From contig JACROE010000002.1 of the NCBI GenBank assembly GCA_016214565.1, positions 664,007 through 728,006 of the forward strand: a stretch of DNA of 64,000 bases, written 5' to 3'. Source of the DNA: Candidatus Kerfeldbacteria bacterium (GTDB lineage: Bacteria; Patescibacteriota; Patescibacteriia; UBA10025; JAHIVO01). A program made the translations under genes and the position numbers. The notes beneath the pieces were generated by a model that was not told the origin of the DNA, did no database searches, and worked only from the letters and a program-made list of their open reading frames with translations. Below, piece by piece: positions 19,440-32,200 of this stretch (its first letter is position 1; the number at the start of each line of letters is the position of its first letter).

Positions 19440-20718
19440 AATCGTACCGCTTCCGGAGTTCTTTTTCCAGATAATTACAATAGGCTGGGTTGATCAGTTC
19501 GGCATGCTTGGCAAACAGGGTGAAGCGGGGCGGCCGGATGCCGGTTTGCTCCAGGCGGAGGAAGGTGGCTGATTTGGTCCCTTTGCTCGGCAGGGCTTTT
19601 TTGGGCGGATTCTGGGTAATGAGCTGATGCAGCTCTGCTTCGGTCATTCGGCGCTGGCGCATCTCGGCGATGGCAATCGTTTGCTGAAGTAATACATGAA
19701 GCCGTTGTTTGTCCACGGCTGAGGTAAAGATGAGCGGTGCCCAGCCGAGGGCGGGGAAATACCGTTGGTAGCGCGCGCGGTGTTCGCGGATGGCACGCGG
19801 ACTTTTGTCTTTCACCCGGTCCCACTTATTTGCCACCAAGACTATGCCGTTACCAGCCCGGCGCGCGTGTTCGGCAATAATTTGATCTTGAACGCTGAGC
19901 GGTTCGCTCACATCGGTTACTACCCAAGAAATATCAGAGTGCTGAATCATCCATTTGGTTTTATCAGCGCTGTGTTGCTCCAGTTTATCCGTTTGTTTGC
20001 GATCTCGACGGAGCCCAGCTGTGTCAACCAGGACAATGGTTTTATCTTTAAACGTGAGCGTGGTGTCGTTCGGTTCGCGAGTGGTATGGGGAATAGGGGT
20101 GACGATGACGCGTTCTTCGCCGAGGATAGCGTTAAACAGCGATGATTTACCAACATTGGTTTTCCCAATAATTGAGACAGTAATATCCGTCGTGGGTGCC
20201 TGATAATTTCGAGCTGGAATATGGTGGACGATGACATCGAGCAGATCACCGGTTCCGACGCCGCTGACCCCCGAGACGAGATGGGGTTGGCCGAGGCCAA
20301 GATTTTGGAAATTAGGCGCCACCCGGCGGCGTTTCGCCGGGCCGTCAACTTTGGTGACGGCAAGCACGGTTGGTTTTTTCAATCGGCGTACTGATCGGGC
20401 GATCAGTCGGTCTTCGCTCCGCACTGGCAGAGTGCCGTCGCCGACGAAGACGATTAAATCAGCTCGCTCAACGGCGCGGTACGCATGCCGCTGTACTTCT
20501 TTTTCGATCGGTCCTTGGATCGCCGCATCCAAGCCGCCGGTATCAATTAATACAAAATCGCTCCCGCGCCAGGAGATGTGGGTACGGTGTAGGTCGCGCG
20601 TGGTTCCAGGGATATCAGAAACCAGCACCGCGCTCTGCTCAGCTAATTTATTGTAGAGCGTTGACTTTCCTGCATTCATGCGTCCGACGAGTACTACCTC
20701 GGGCAACCGGCGAGCCAT
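19393..20718 (-). CDS. der: GTPase Der/EngA.
   Basis: Two tandem GTPase domains (GRMNAGKSTLYN and IIGKTNVGKSSLFN) and a KH-like C-terminus. Confidence 0.9.
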   Translation of the reverse strand: MARRLPEVVLVGRMNAGKSTLYNKLAEQSAVLVSDIPGTTRDLHRTHISWRGSDFVLIDTGGLDAAIQGPIEKEVQRHAYRAVERADLIVFVGDGTLPVRSEDRLIARSVRRLKKPTVLAVTKVDGPAKRRRVAPNFQNLGLGQPHLVSGVSGVGTGDLLDVIVHHIPARNYQAPTTDITVSIIGKTNVGKSSLFNAILGEERVIVTPIPHTTREPNDTTLTFKDKTIVLVDTAGLRRDRKQTDKLEQHSADKTKWMIQHSDISWVVTDVSEPLSVQDQIIAEHARRAGNGIVLVANKWDRVKDKSPRAIREHRARYQRYFPALGWAPLIFTSAVDKQRLHVLLQQTIAIAEMRQRRMTEAELHQLITQNPPKKALPSKGTKSATFLRLEQTGIRPPRFTLFAKHAELINPAYCNYLEKELRKRYDYAGTEVRINLHKKHV

Positions 20719-20738
20719 AACGTTTGTAGGGTATTCTA

Positions 20739-22289
20739 TTAGTTACTTGCTGTACTCAAGAGAGCCGGGTCGAGACGGTCATTGCCAATGATGATGAGAA
20801 TATCTATATCTTCGGCTACCGTGGCGGGAATTGCTTTTTGATTTGAATTTATCAGAGCGGGGATAGCTGGTGCCAAGCGGGCATTGAGTAGAGTTTTCAG
20901 GGCAGCTAAGGTATATGGCTTCGTGCCGCCGGTATAATCATAAATCGTGGTTTGGGTGACCGCTGTATCAGTTTCCGCATTAGCCACTTTGACTACATTA
21001 TACAGCTGCGTCGTGAGTAATTCGGCGGTATCGGTGGCCAGTCCTTCCTGGGTCGTACCATTTTGTACTTCGATACGTGCGTCTTCTTTTACGATGGCGC
21101 TTGTATCAAAGACGTTGGCAATACGGGCATTGATTTCAGTAAAGTCTCCAGAGACCGGTCGGAGAATATAGGCTCCATCCAGCGTATGGTCAGATACGAG
21201 ATATCCTTCAGGGCTGGTATCGAGGGTAACCGAAACAATATTTTCTTTCTGGATTGGTTCAAGCATTTTTGCCAGCTGGGCGATTTCCCAAATTTCCATG
21301 TTGGTTTGGTTGTGTTGTCCCAGACTGTCGAGCGCCGAGACTATGCTGGCGGGGTTTACCAATGAATTGACGGAAAAGAATTTATTTTTTAGCGCTAAGA
21401 GCACCTTTTGTTGCCGTTGTGATCGGGCAAAATCAGATCCTTCTCCATTATTGCCGTGGCGGGAGCGGACATATTGCAGCGCGCGTTCGCCATCCATTTC
21501 CTCGATTCCTTTGGTAAACGTGATCGTTTGATATCCATAGTTATAGTCTGGGTATTCGTAATCGGTAAAGCTTTGTGCGACATCTATTTCGATTCCACCC
21601 AGCTCATCAATGGCTTTGCGAAAGCCTTCGAAATCAATTCGGGCTGTGTAATGGATTGGCAATTCAAATGTTTCTGAGACGACGCGAGCTAACAGTGCTT
21701 CGCCACCGCCGGGGTAGTCGGACTGAACGCCAAAGGCTAATGCATTATTAATTTTGCGAAAGCCATAATCAGGGATTTCGACATACAAGTCGCGAGGAAT
21801 TGAAACGGTTGCCATTTCATTGGTAGACGGTTTGTAGCTGATGAGAATAATGGTGTCAGCCAGGTATGATCCCTGGTGCCCCTCACCGCCAATGCCAGCC
21901 AGGAGGATATTGATCCGGTCAGCCGACTCACCTTTCAATTGGGGTTCGGGATTGTCGATGAGGTGCTTGATTTGATCAATAAAACCAATTTTTTCGCCGG
22001 TGGTTGAATTAGTGCTGTTTACGGCCAGGACAATCTTTGTGATAAAACCCAAACCGATCAATATAATAACCAGCGCTAATGCCAAACTGGACCACAACAG
22101 GAGGTGCGATCGTGATTTGGCAGGACGCGATTTCTTATCATTTCCCGGCGTCCCAGATGGTTGGTATATCGTGGGATCAAAACGCGGCCGCTTCGGGGTA
22201 GAGGATGGTGATTGTGGCTGCAAGAGGTCAGGCATAGTGGGCTTATTATAATAAAATCCACCCGGGGCGTAAAGGGTCTGGATACACAT
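20739..22289 (-). CDS. LytR-CpsA-Psr (LCP) family cell-envelope phosphotransferase.
   Basis: It has an N-terminal TM helix and the LCP core INILLAGIGGEGHQGSYLADTIILISY...SIPRDLYV. Confidence 0.8.
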   Translation of the reverse strand: MCIQTLYAPGGFYYNKPTMPDLLQPQSPSSTPKRPRFDPTIYQPSGTPGNDKKSRPAKSRSHLLLWSSLALALVIILIGLGFITKIVLAVNSTNSTTGEKIGFIDQIKHLIDNPEPQLKGESADRINILLAGIGGEGHQGSYLADTIILISYKPSTNEMATVSIPRDLYVEIPDYGFRKINNALAFGVQSDYPGGGEALLARVVSETFELPIHYTARIDFEGFRKAIDELGGIEIDVAQSFTDYEYPDYNYGYQTITFTKGIEEMDGERALQYVRSRHGNNGEGSDFARSQRQQKVLLALKNKFFSVNSLVNPASIVSALDSLGQHNQTNMEIWEIAQLAKMLEPIQKENIVSVTLDTSPEGYLVSDHTLDGAYILRPVSGDFTEINARIANVFDTSAIVKEDARIEVQNGTTQEGLATDTAELLTTQLYNVVKVANAETDTAVTQTTIYDYTGGTKPYTLAALKTLLNARLAPAIPALINSNQKAIPATVAEDIDILIIIGNDRLDPALLSTASN

Positions 22290-22323
22290 TTTTTAATACG
22301 CGTGCTACACTGAAAGCCATTCT

Positions 22324-23034
22324 ATGGCACGCCACTGCATAATCCTTCCTACCTATAATGAAAAAGAAAACATTACGGGAATTGTCCGTGAAATTTTGGC
22401 ATTGGCCATTCCTGAACTGTGCGTTTTGGTCGTAGATGATAATTCGCCTGATGGGACTGGTCAGATCGCTGATGAGTTAGCGCGGCACGACCAGCGGATT
22501 TCCGTGCTGCATCGTGACGCGAAAGAAGGATTAGGGAAAGCCTATACCGCAGGCTTTCGTTGGGCCCTGCGTGATCCGCAGATTGAGCACGTCTTTGAGA
22601 TGGATGCAGATTTTTCACATCAGCCGAAGTATATTCCGAATTTCTTGGAAGCAATTCAATCAGCTGACTTGGTGCTTGGGTCTCGGTATATCCCGGGTGG
22701 CGGGGTGGCTAACTGGAATTGGTCGCGCAGGATGATTAGCACCACTGCCAATATGATTATCCGACGCCTTTTGGGTATGGCAGTACATGATTTAACGGGT
22801 GGCTTCAAATGTTTTCGCCGGACGGTACTGGAACGGTTGGATTTAGACGCAGTTGCCTCACGGGGGTACAATTTTCAGATAGAGGTTACCTACCGGGCGG
22901 GTCAAGCCGGTTTTCGCATTCAAGAAATTCCCATCACGTTCATCGAGCGCCGGGCTGGTACATCAAAATTCAGTCCGGGGATCATGCTGGAGAGCTTTTG
23001 GCAGGTATTACGCCTCAGATTTGGCGGAAAATAA
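22324..23034 (+). CDS. GT2 glycosyltransferase, polyprenol-phosphate mannose/glucose synthase-like.
   Basis: ILPTYNEKENI...VVDDNSPDGT with a DxD context. It matches the Dpm1-like family. Confidence 0.8.
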   Translation: MARHCIILPTYNEKENITGIVREILALAIPELCVLVVDDNSPDGTGQIADELARHDQRISVLHRDAKEGLGKAYTAGFRWALRDPQIEHVFEMDADFSHQPKYIPNFLEAIQSADLVLGSRYIPGGGVANWNWSRRMISTTANMIIRRLLGMAVHDLTGGFKCFRRTVLERLDLDAVASRGYNFQIEVTYRAGQAGFRIQEIPITFIERRAGTSKFSPGIMLESFWQVLRLRFGGK

Positions 23035-23082
23035 TTGGCAAGTGAGAGGTGTTTCACCCCCATAGAACATGGCTGGCCATGA

Positions 23083-23125
23083 TACCATGGCAATCTTCGG
23101 TATGGTTATTGTTTTTTACTCATCT
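23083..23125 (+). terminator. Intrinsic terminator after the GT2 gene.
   Basis: Hairpin ATACCATggcaatcttcggtATGGTtAT followed by TGTTTTTTAC. Confidence 0.45.
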
Positions 23126-23129
23126 GCAC

Positions 23130-23158
23130 TAGACAGATATATGATTTTTTGATATACT
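23130..23158 (+). promoter_or_regulatory. Promoter of the giant gene.
   Basis: TAGACA at 23130-23135, a 17-nt spacer, then the extended -10 TGaTATACT at 23150-23158. Confidence 0.4.
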
Positions 23159-23227
23159 AGTCGTGGCACCTTTGTTAAGTGAATGAATTATTTACGCTAA
23201 TTTTAGCGAAACCATTCAAAAATATTC

Positions 23228-26200
23228 GTGGCGTTTAGATGGTTTAAGATAGTTAATAAGGTAACGCCAACCAGTATCAAGAAGCAAATTGATTTTGCTT
23301 CGCTCCCTAATCTATTGACGATTGAGCAGGTGAGCGAGATACTTGGCGTCCACCCAAATACATTGCGCAATTGGGACCGTGCCGGAAAGTTGCGCGCTGT
23401 TAGAATTGGCTCGCGACAAGATCGACGGTATGATAAGCAGTCAATTCAGAAGCTCTATACTGAGCTTCATCCGCCGGTGCTCAAACCAGCCGAACCGCCG
23501 ACACCACCGGCGCTTCCAGAAGCGACAGCTGAAAAAAGTTATGTACTGGAGCCAGGTTTTTCTTGGCGTTCGTTCCAACTTTACTTCCTGAGCCGAAAGT
23601 TTTCTCTGTTTGTTTTTTCGGTACTGCTGGTAGCATTTTCTTTTGCCGTTGTACAAGTCAGCTTCTTTGCATATATATACCTCGCTCGGGCAGAAGAAGT
23701 GGGTCAGGAGATTGTTGCAGTGCAGCCCACCAGCGCTAGTGGCTGGGAAACATCAGCTCAGGCACTGGCGATTGATTTACTGCCCGCGGCGTCCCTGGAG
23801 GAATTTGCTGATGCGAATGCTGCGCACTATCATACTACACCGACTACCGATGCCGATGGTCCAGTGACTATTGAACAAGAGGTTGAGCTCGAAGACAGCC
23901 AGGTAGCAATTGAAGAGGAGAGCGCGGTTCCATTGAATGCGTCGCTGCCTGAATTAGTCGTGTCAAATTTTATTGCTCCGGATACGATTGAGTCAGGCGA
24001 CGTTATCACGAAAACTGGATTTCGCGTATCCCTAGCCGCCGATGGCACCCCGGAGAGCGAAGATGTCCTCGTACTCGAATATTCGCTCGATCAAGGGGCA
24101 AACTGGCAGCAGTTGGAATCACTGGTGCTCACTGATGACCTGAGTAATGCTATCCACGGTGGATATTTTGAGTATGCCCTGGCTCCCTTAGCATCAATAA
24201 CTGACGTCAGCGCAATACAATTTCGCGCACGCATGAACGCCGGGGCAAATTCGGCCTCAGGCGTGGTTTGGATTGACGGCGTCGAATTGCAGCTGGAAAC
24301 CCAACGCCCCGATCCGATCGTCGAGGATATTACCAGCAGCGTTTCATTTGTGGCTGATACTGATATGGATTTAACATCCCAAGAGCAGCCGGTGATCGCA
24401 GTTGAGACGGAGGAAAAATCAAGTTTTGAATTTATTGGCGTTGAGCCGATTACGCGTGAGGTAGGCAGCGTCACCATCACCAGTCCTGACGGGGCAACCC
24501 GTGATGTTTCGGTTTCGCGTGATTCCGCTGTGACTGACATGGGTACCACTACCTCATTAGCAATTGATCCATCGACCTTGACCGAGCCGGGGAAATACAC
24601 GGTGACGGTGACCGTGGAGCAGGATGGGCGGGAGAAACAGGTCGCCTATGAATTTACCTGGGGGGCGCTGGCATTTAATACTGATCAGGCGAATTACCAA
24701 TTAGGTGAGATTGCCACGTTTTCTCTAGGAGCGGTCGATGATACCGGACATATTATTTGTACGGCGGATATGCGACTCTCCATCGTTGATCCAGCAGGCA
24801 CGGAAACAGTACTGACCAGCGCTGATGGTACGATCCAGGTCACGGATTATTGCTCTATTAAGGACGTCTACCAAGGGCCTGATTATGTAGCAACCTATGT
24901 ACCGACATTGCCAGGGGCCTATCAGGTTACGCTTGTTGCCACCGTCCATGGCCAAACCCGCACCGTATCGGACGCCTTCAGCGTATTACCAGAACCGGCC
25001 TATACCATCAAGCGCGATGGACCGACGCGCGTTTTCCCTAATGTGCCGCAACCAATGCGTCTCGTCGTTACTCCCACTAGCGCATTTACCGGAACGGTGC
25101 GAGAATTTGTGCCTGGCAACTTTGATGTCTATCCAGAAAACGGTGGCCGTATCCAGCCGTATGACACGGGGACCGAGATTGTTCGTTCAATCGTTTGGGA
25201 TATTTCGCTTGAAGCAGGGACGAGTGCGACGCTCGGCTATACATTTAAGTCTCCAGAAAAAAGTCCAGCACTCTTTGCGCTTGGCCCAGCTACGGCGGGC
25301 GATTGGACTGAGCCGCGGGCATGGCAGCTGGTGATTGATCCGGCGTATATGTACGTATTAGGCAATTCTGCGTCAGCACCGACTGGCTGGACCAATGACA
25401 CAGCTACCTTCGCCGGATATTATCCGCGTGGCGCGGCCACGACGGACACTACGCCGCCGACTGGTGGCGCGGCGTCACATACTCACACGGTTTCTGGTCA
25501 AAATATCAGCGCGCCTTCCACTGAAGTAACTATTACCGGCTGGGGTTGTATAGATTTTTGTCTTAATTCGGCGACGACCGCGCATACGCATGGGATTAAT
25601 TCGTTGACGGTCGGCAGTGCAAATAATGATCCACTGAACCACACTTTCTATCTTTGGAAGAGCAATGCAACTGATCCTACCACTATTCCAAATAACGCCT
25701 ATGTCTTTTTTGACACTGCTCCGGCAGGAAGCTGGACTCGATTTAGTGCCGCAGATAACCGGCTGGTCAAAATAAATAGTTCAAATACGACTGGCGGCAC
25801 CAGCGATACGCATACCCACTCATTGACTTGGGGTTCCCTGACCGCCGCTTCTGGCTCAACAAGTTTACAAGCAGATGGGATAACGTATACGGCTGCCTCC
25901 TCTACGCATACACATACTGCACCAACTGGCACAACCTCAACTTCGTATACTTTGTTACCGAGTTATATCCAATCACTTATTTACCAAGCGACCGCAGATA
26001 ATTCTGTACCACAAAACCTGATTGCCATGTGGGATGCGGCACCGCCGACTGGATGGACTACGGTCTCGGGCGCCAGCCAGACATATAATGGACAGTTTAT
26101 TCGCGGGTCAGCCAGTTACAGCGCTACGCCACAGTCAGCCGATACCCACAGCGTAGCTAATCAGACAAGTGGCGCCACCGGCAGCGCTTCAGCAAACGGA

Positions 26201-29200
26201 GCGACAACAGCCGTCGGTACTGGTGCGGCCAGAAATACTCACACCCACACCATTACCGCCAGTTTTAGTGCTAGCACCGATCACAAGCCGCAGTATTTCG
26301 ATGTAATCATGGCTGAGTGTACTAATGGTGGTGGTTGTGGCGCAGCCGCATCGATAACTGTTTCCGGATCGGTGTATTCTGACGAAGGATCGACCAAGAT
26401 TACTGCTGCGGCTAAGACGGTCGTCCTCTGGGTTAATGGATCAGCTACAGCCTGCGGCGGCGGTGCCTGTACTGCAGAGACTTCTAATGGTGATTATTCG
26501 ATTAGTAATGTCACTGCGACGAGTGGCGATGTACTAACATTATTTCTAGACAATGAAACGGAAAAGGCAACCACGTTCTTGGTCAGCAATGGTTCGACCG
26601 TGAGCACGGCTCATCTCTACCAAAATCGCGTAATTCTCCGACATGACACCGGTGCTTCTATTACGAATGCTAATATCGAATCGGGTGACCGCGACGCAAC
26701 GGGCGAGACCGACATCTTGGCCGAAGTGGCTACCAGCAATCTAACGGTTGATTCAAATTACGAGCTGCATATCTGGACTGGCGGAACGCAGGCGTATGAC
26801 CCGGGCGGCACCGTCACCACTCAGGGGACGGGTGATCTACACGTCGATGATAGTGCCAGCGCCTACATGGACACCGCATCGAATTCGATTGCCCAAAACG
26901 TAACCATTGATGCAGGCGCTACGCTCTACGGTCAGAACACGACGACGGTCAATGGCGCAGCGAATGCAGGCGTGTCGGCGGCCGGTACCCTCAATATTTC
27001 CGGCGGCACCTTCACGGTGGGTAATGGCACGGATGAGGACCTGACATTAAATGCCGGTACGCTGACGGTGAGTGGCGGCACCTTGACGGTGAAGGATCAG
27101 ATCAAGACAACATCAGGCGGTAGTGCGGAAACAGTCAATATTACCGGTGGCATCACCAATGCCCAAGGAACCGGGACGACAACGAGCGCGCCATTGTACA
27201 TTCCTGATGGGACGATTACGGTCGGTGGGGGAGGTGGCACGGCAACGGTCAACACATCTGGTAATTTGTATCAGACCGGTGGCACCCTAAACGTCAATAC
27301 GAATTCGGACATTAATGTGACCGGAGAATTTCAGATGCCGAGCGGTTCACCCATTCTGGAGCTCAACGACGGAAGTCTGGATTCAACTAGTCACTGGCGA
27401 CTAAACGCCGGCACTATCAATCTCGATGGCGGCAGCCACCACACTGGCAATGATGGCATCGTGGAAATGACCAATGGCGGCAACGCCGTTACTTTCAATA
27501 TGACCGGTGGTGATCTCTATATGCGTGGTTTACTCGTCTACAATAGTGGCACCTTAACCACGAGTACCTGCACTGGGGGAAATATCCATCTCGGCATCGT
27601 GGCTGGCCCGAGCATCAACTACTATTTGGTAAATACCAGTGGCACATATCAGATTTATAATTTACTCATTGATCAGACTGCTTTCATTAATGCAAGTAGC
27701 ACGCAAACCTTCAAGGTGAAGGGGGCGCTTACAATTGCCAATACCATGACCTTCACCACGAATAGCAAAACGATGCAGGTAGATGGTGGCTGGGTAAATA
27801 ATGGTACCTACACTGGCGGCACCAGTACTATCACATTGCGTGGCGGTAATATCAGCGGCACCAGCGATACCTCGTTTTCGACATTGAACATCGGCGACGC
27901 AACCACCACTGCCACGGTTACGGTTAATGGCACGGATGACCCGACCGTGACCGGCACGATGTTGGTGGATACTGGCGATATACTTTCAATCGGCGCCAGC
28001 CGGTTTGTCACCCACTCGGGCGGAACCTATACCCTGAATGGAACGGTCAGCGGCGCGGGGACCATGACCTTTACCAATACTTCCCCAGGCCCGGGCACGA
28101 CCGGTTCACTGACATCGACGACGCGATATGATGCCACGAATGGCAACGTGGCCTCTACTACGGTGGACGTGCGAACGGATTATCAGCAGCTTGAGTTTTA
28201 TTCTAATACCGCAACGGCGCGATCCATTACCTTGGCGGCTGGAACATATATAACGAACGTCACTAATGGCAATGTGTACGTTATTGCGGATGGCGCTTCA
28301 CCAGGGAATCTAACCTTGGATGGCGCCACCAATAATCCGACCATGGATATCGCGTATAGTTTGGATTTCACGGGAGCGGGCACGGCGAGTGAGATTATTA
28401 CCTCAGGCACTGGTGTCTGGCAGGTTGGCCAGCATGTCGATTTCACTGGTGGGACGTACACAGCTACCGCAGGTAATACGCTAGATATGGATGGTATTGG
28501 GACGCTGACTTCAGCGGCACAGACTTTGCAGAATCTTACTCTATCGGGCACGATCACCCTGGCGAATGCTACTCATACCGTGAATGGCAATCTTGTTTTG
28601 GGAAACGGATTGACTGCCGGCACGTCAACGGTGACCATGACCGGCACCAGTAATACCATTACCGGCAACAATCGGACCCTCGCCAATCTCACTATTGATC
28701 CTTCAAGCGCAGGTACGATCACGCTCCAGACTTCGAATCTGACTACCAGCGGCACGTTGACCGTGGCGGCTGGGGATACACTATCGATTGCTTCTGGAAT
28801 AACATTGAGCAACACGGCTGCCGCAGAAGTTGCCGGCACGGGAAACATCGGTGGAGCGGGGACACTGCTATTCACTAGTGCGTCAGGCGGACCAGGGACA
28901 ACTATTTCTACGCTTAGCGCTATTACGCGGTATGACGCTTCGAGTGGCAATATTGCCGCAGCCACCATAGACGCGCGGACATACGCTGGCTCAGTTGAAT
29001 TCTACTCTAATAGCGCTACTGCTCGGACGGCTACACTTAATACTGGCACATACTCTGTTAGTTCCTTGTACGTTATTGCCGACGGAAATAGCCCGGGCGA
29101 TATGACGCTGGTTGGTGCCACTAATAATCCGACGGTGACTATTGCCGGCAATCTTGATTTTACTGGTACTGGTACGGCGAGTGAAGTGATTACCTCGGGC

Positions 29201-32200
29201 ACTGGCACCTGGACCGTCTCCGGGCATGTCGATTTCACGGGCGGCACATACACCGCCACGACTAATAATACCTTGGTCATGGACGGCGTTTCTGTAAACA
29301 TCTACGGCAACGGCCAAAGTTTATATAATTTTTCCATCAGCCCATCTACTATTGGTACGGTCAGTATGCAGACGTCAGATTTGACCGTCACTGGCACGAT
29401 CACCTTGAGCGGTACTTGCCAATTAACCATCAATGCTGGTTTGAATTTTACTTTGGGGAGTGCGGGTACGCTGACACGGGGGGCGGGTTGCGCCATCGCT
29501 GGTACTGGTACGTTCATTTATCAGCCGGCGACGTTCTCACAAACGAGTGGCGTCACGTCTGGAATACGGTTTGACGCGACGAATAATAACCAGACTATTA
29601 ACGGGAACTATACGTTTAGTCGCGCGGTCGAATTTTATAATGCGCATGCCAGTACAGCGCGGACCATTACTCTGGGTAATGCAGGCGGCAGAACATTCAC
29701 GTTTAGTTCCACGGCCACCGTAACTGCTGCTTCAGGCGGGACCGTCTCTGTTGATGCCAATACCAATGATCCGAACTTGACCTTTACCGGCGCGGTGAGT
29801 ATCGGTGGAGCATCAGGGGCAAGCGCCACCTTGTCCGCTAATAGTGCTAATACGCTTGCCTTCAATGGTGCGGTGACCGTCAATGCCACTGGCGTTTTGA
29901 CCACCAATGGTAGTACGGTCATGACCATGGCTGGCGATTATACGAATAATGGTACGTTCAATGCTGGCGCTGGAACCGTCACGCTGAATGGTTCAGGTAC
30001 GCAGATACTCTCAGGCACGATGACCGGTGGGTCAGCTTTCAATAATTTAATTGTCACCAATGCATCGGCAAGTAATCCAGATATTAGCTTTGCCGCGTCG
30101 GCGACGGTTGGCGCCACATTTACTGCGACAACCGCCAGTTCCCAGATTCGTTTCTTAGCCGGTGGAACCTACACATTTCAAAATATTGCCCTGAATGGAC
30201 AGGCGACCGGCACGCGCGTGGCGCTGACCAGTTCCTCGACGGGCACGCAGTGGAATCTAAATGTGGCCGGGACGCGATCCGTGTCCAATACATCAGTACG
30301 GGATTCAACCGCGTGCGGTCAAGCGCCAAATATTTCAGCGAATGATGGCACGAATCTGAGCTTGGGGAACAATTCTTGTTGGACATTCCCCGGCATTATC
30401 ATCTCCGGGACGGCCAATGGGAACGTCGGAGCAACCGTTCGCTATGCGGTGAATGGTAGCCTTCAAACTGATACCGGGACGATTGGTGCATCTACCTGGT
30501 CGATCGAAGGCTTGACCGCGCCGGCTGTGAACGATGAGATCATCGTCTGGATAGATAATGTGGCTGATGCTAATGAGTCGAGTGGGGTTACCAGCTATGA
30601 CGGTTCAGGCGATATCACGGGTATGGTACTCGATACCCATGTATTGACGCTCGGAAGTAACGATAATCAATCCATTAGTCAGACTGTACTGCAAACAGTC
30701 TACGATAATTTTAATGATGAGGACATAATGTTTCGTTGTCCGATTGTCGCTAGCTGTACTCTGGCCGTAGATGATGATAGCGTTTATACCGATGACCGGC
30801 TGACGATTCTCTCGGGCACGACCTGGGTGATGGGGCCCAATGATGGCATCAATACACATGATATCCAGATTGACGGAACGCTGACCGCTGGTACCGGGAG
30901 CATCACCGTCTCCGGTTCATGGGATAATAATAATGATTTCAATTCGTCGGGGAGTGAAACGATATATTTTACTTCAACGACCACTGAAATCATTGATTCC
31001 ACGGGCGCAGTTGATTCCGATGTGTATAATGTGAATTTCACTGGAGTGGGTGGGCAGTGGACATTAAATTCTACCTGGGTGGTCAATAACGACGTGACCA
31101 TGAGCGCTGGGACGTTCAGGGTCAATAGTGATTTGTACGTCAATGGCGGTGATATCACTGGTGATGGCACGTTGACGTATACGGCAGGCTCACCCAATGT
31201 GATTATGGGGTCAGCCAGCGGAAATTTCGGAGGGGCAAACCCGTGGACATTCTTTAATCTGCAATTTTCTCATACCGCGCTCTGTAATGCGCCCGTGACC
31301 ACGGCTACCGGCGCGGGAAGCGTTACCATTAATGGCACATTGACGCTGCAGGCAGATGGAGGTTGTGCTTGTACGGAAACCGATTGCCCGTCGCATAATC
31401 TGGATCTTGGGTCGAAGACATGGATTCTTACAGCTTCGGGCACACCACTTGTTGCTGATGGAGAAATTATTGGATCAACCTCGACGGTCCGGTATACGGG
31501 TACGGGCGCCACAAATATAACAACCACTAATCCTAATTTGACTGATTATTACTATACGCTTGAACTTCAACCCGCATCCGGAACTCCGACCTATACGCTA
31601 TTATCCACTGGCACAGCTTCCTATGAAATACGAGGAAACTTGACGATCAGCACTTCGGTGAATTTAACGGTTACTGGATCGACCGTGTTTATGACCGGAA
31701 CAGGCACGCTTGACGCTGGCGGGAAGACGCTTAATAATCTCACCATCAATCCAGCGGCAGCCCAGACTGTAACCGTTCAAACCAATGACGTGACGGTTGC
31801 TGGCAATTTGACCGTAACGGCAAACGGCGTGATGAGCATTTCGAATGGCCGGACGGTCACTTGGACTGGCGCGACATTAACGTTGGCCGGGGCTATTTCC
31901 GGCCAAGGGATACTTCGGGTTGACTCGGTTGGCGTTATTCCGGCGACCGGTACGCTCTCAAGTATCGTCCAGCTTTATGCTACGAACGGTAACACCGTGG
32001 TCATGTATGCGCGCACTTATGGCGGCGAGGTGCAAATTTACAACAGTAGCGTTACGTCGCGCACTATTACTATGGAAGCGGGGACTCATACCATTACTGG
32101 TGCAAGCTCAGCTCTAAATCTCCGGGCTGAGAACAATGGCGACATGACACTGGTGGGCGCGACCAATAATCCCACTGTATCAGTGAGCGGCAACCTGATT

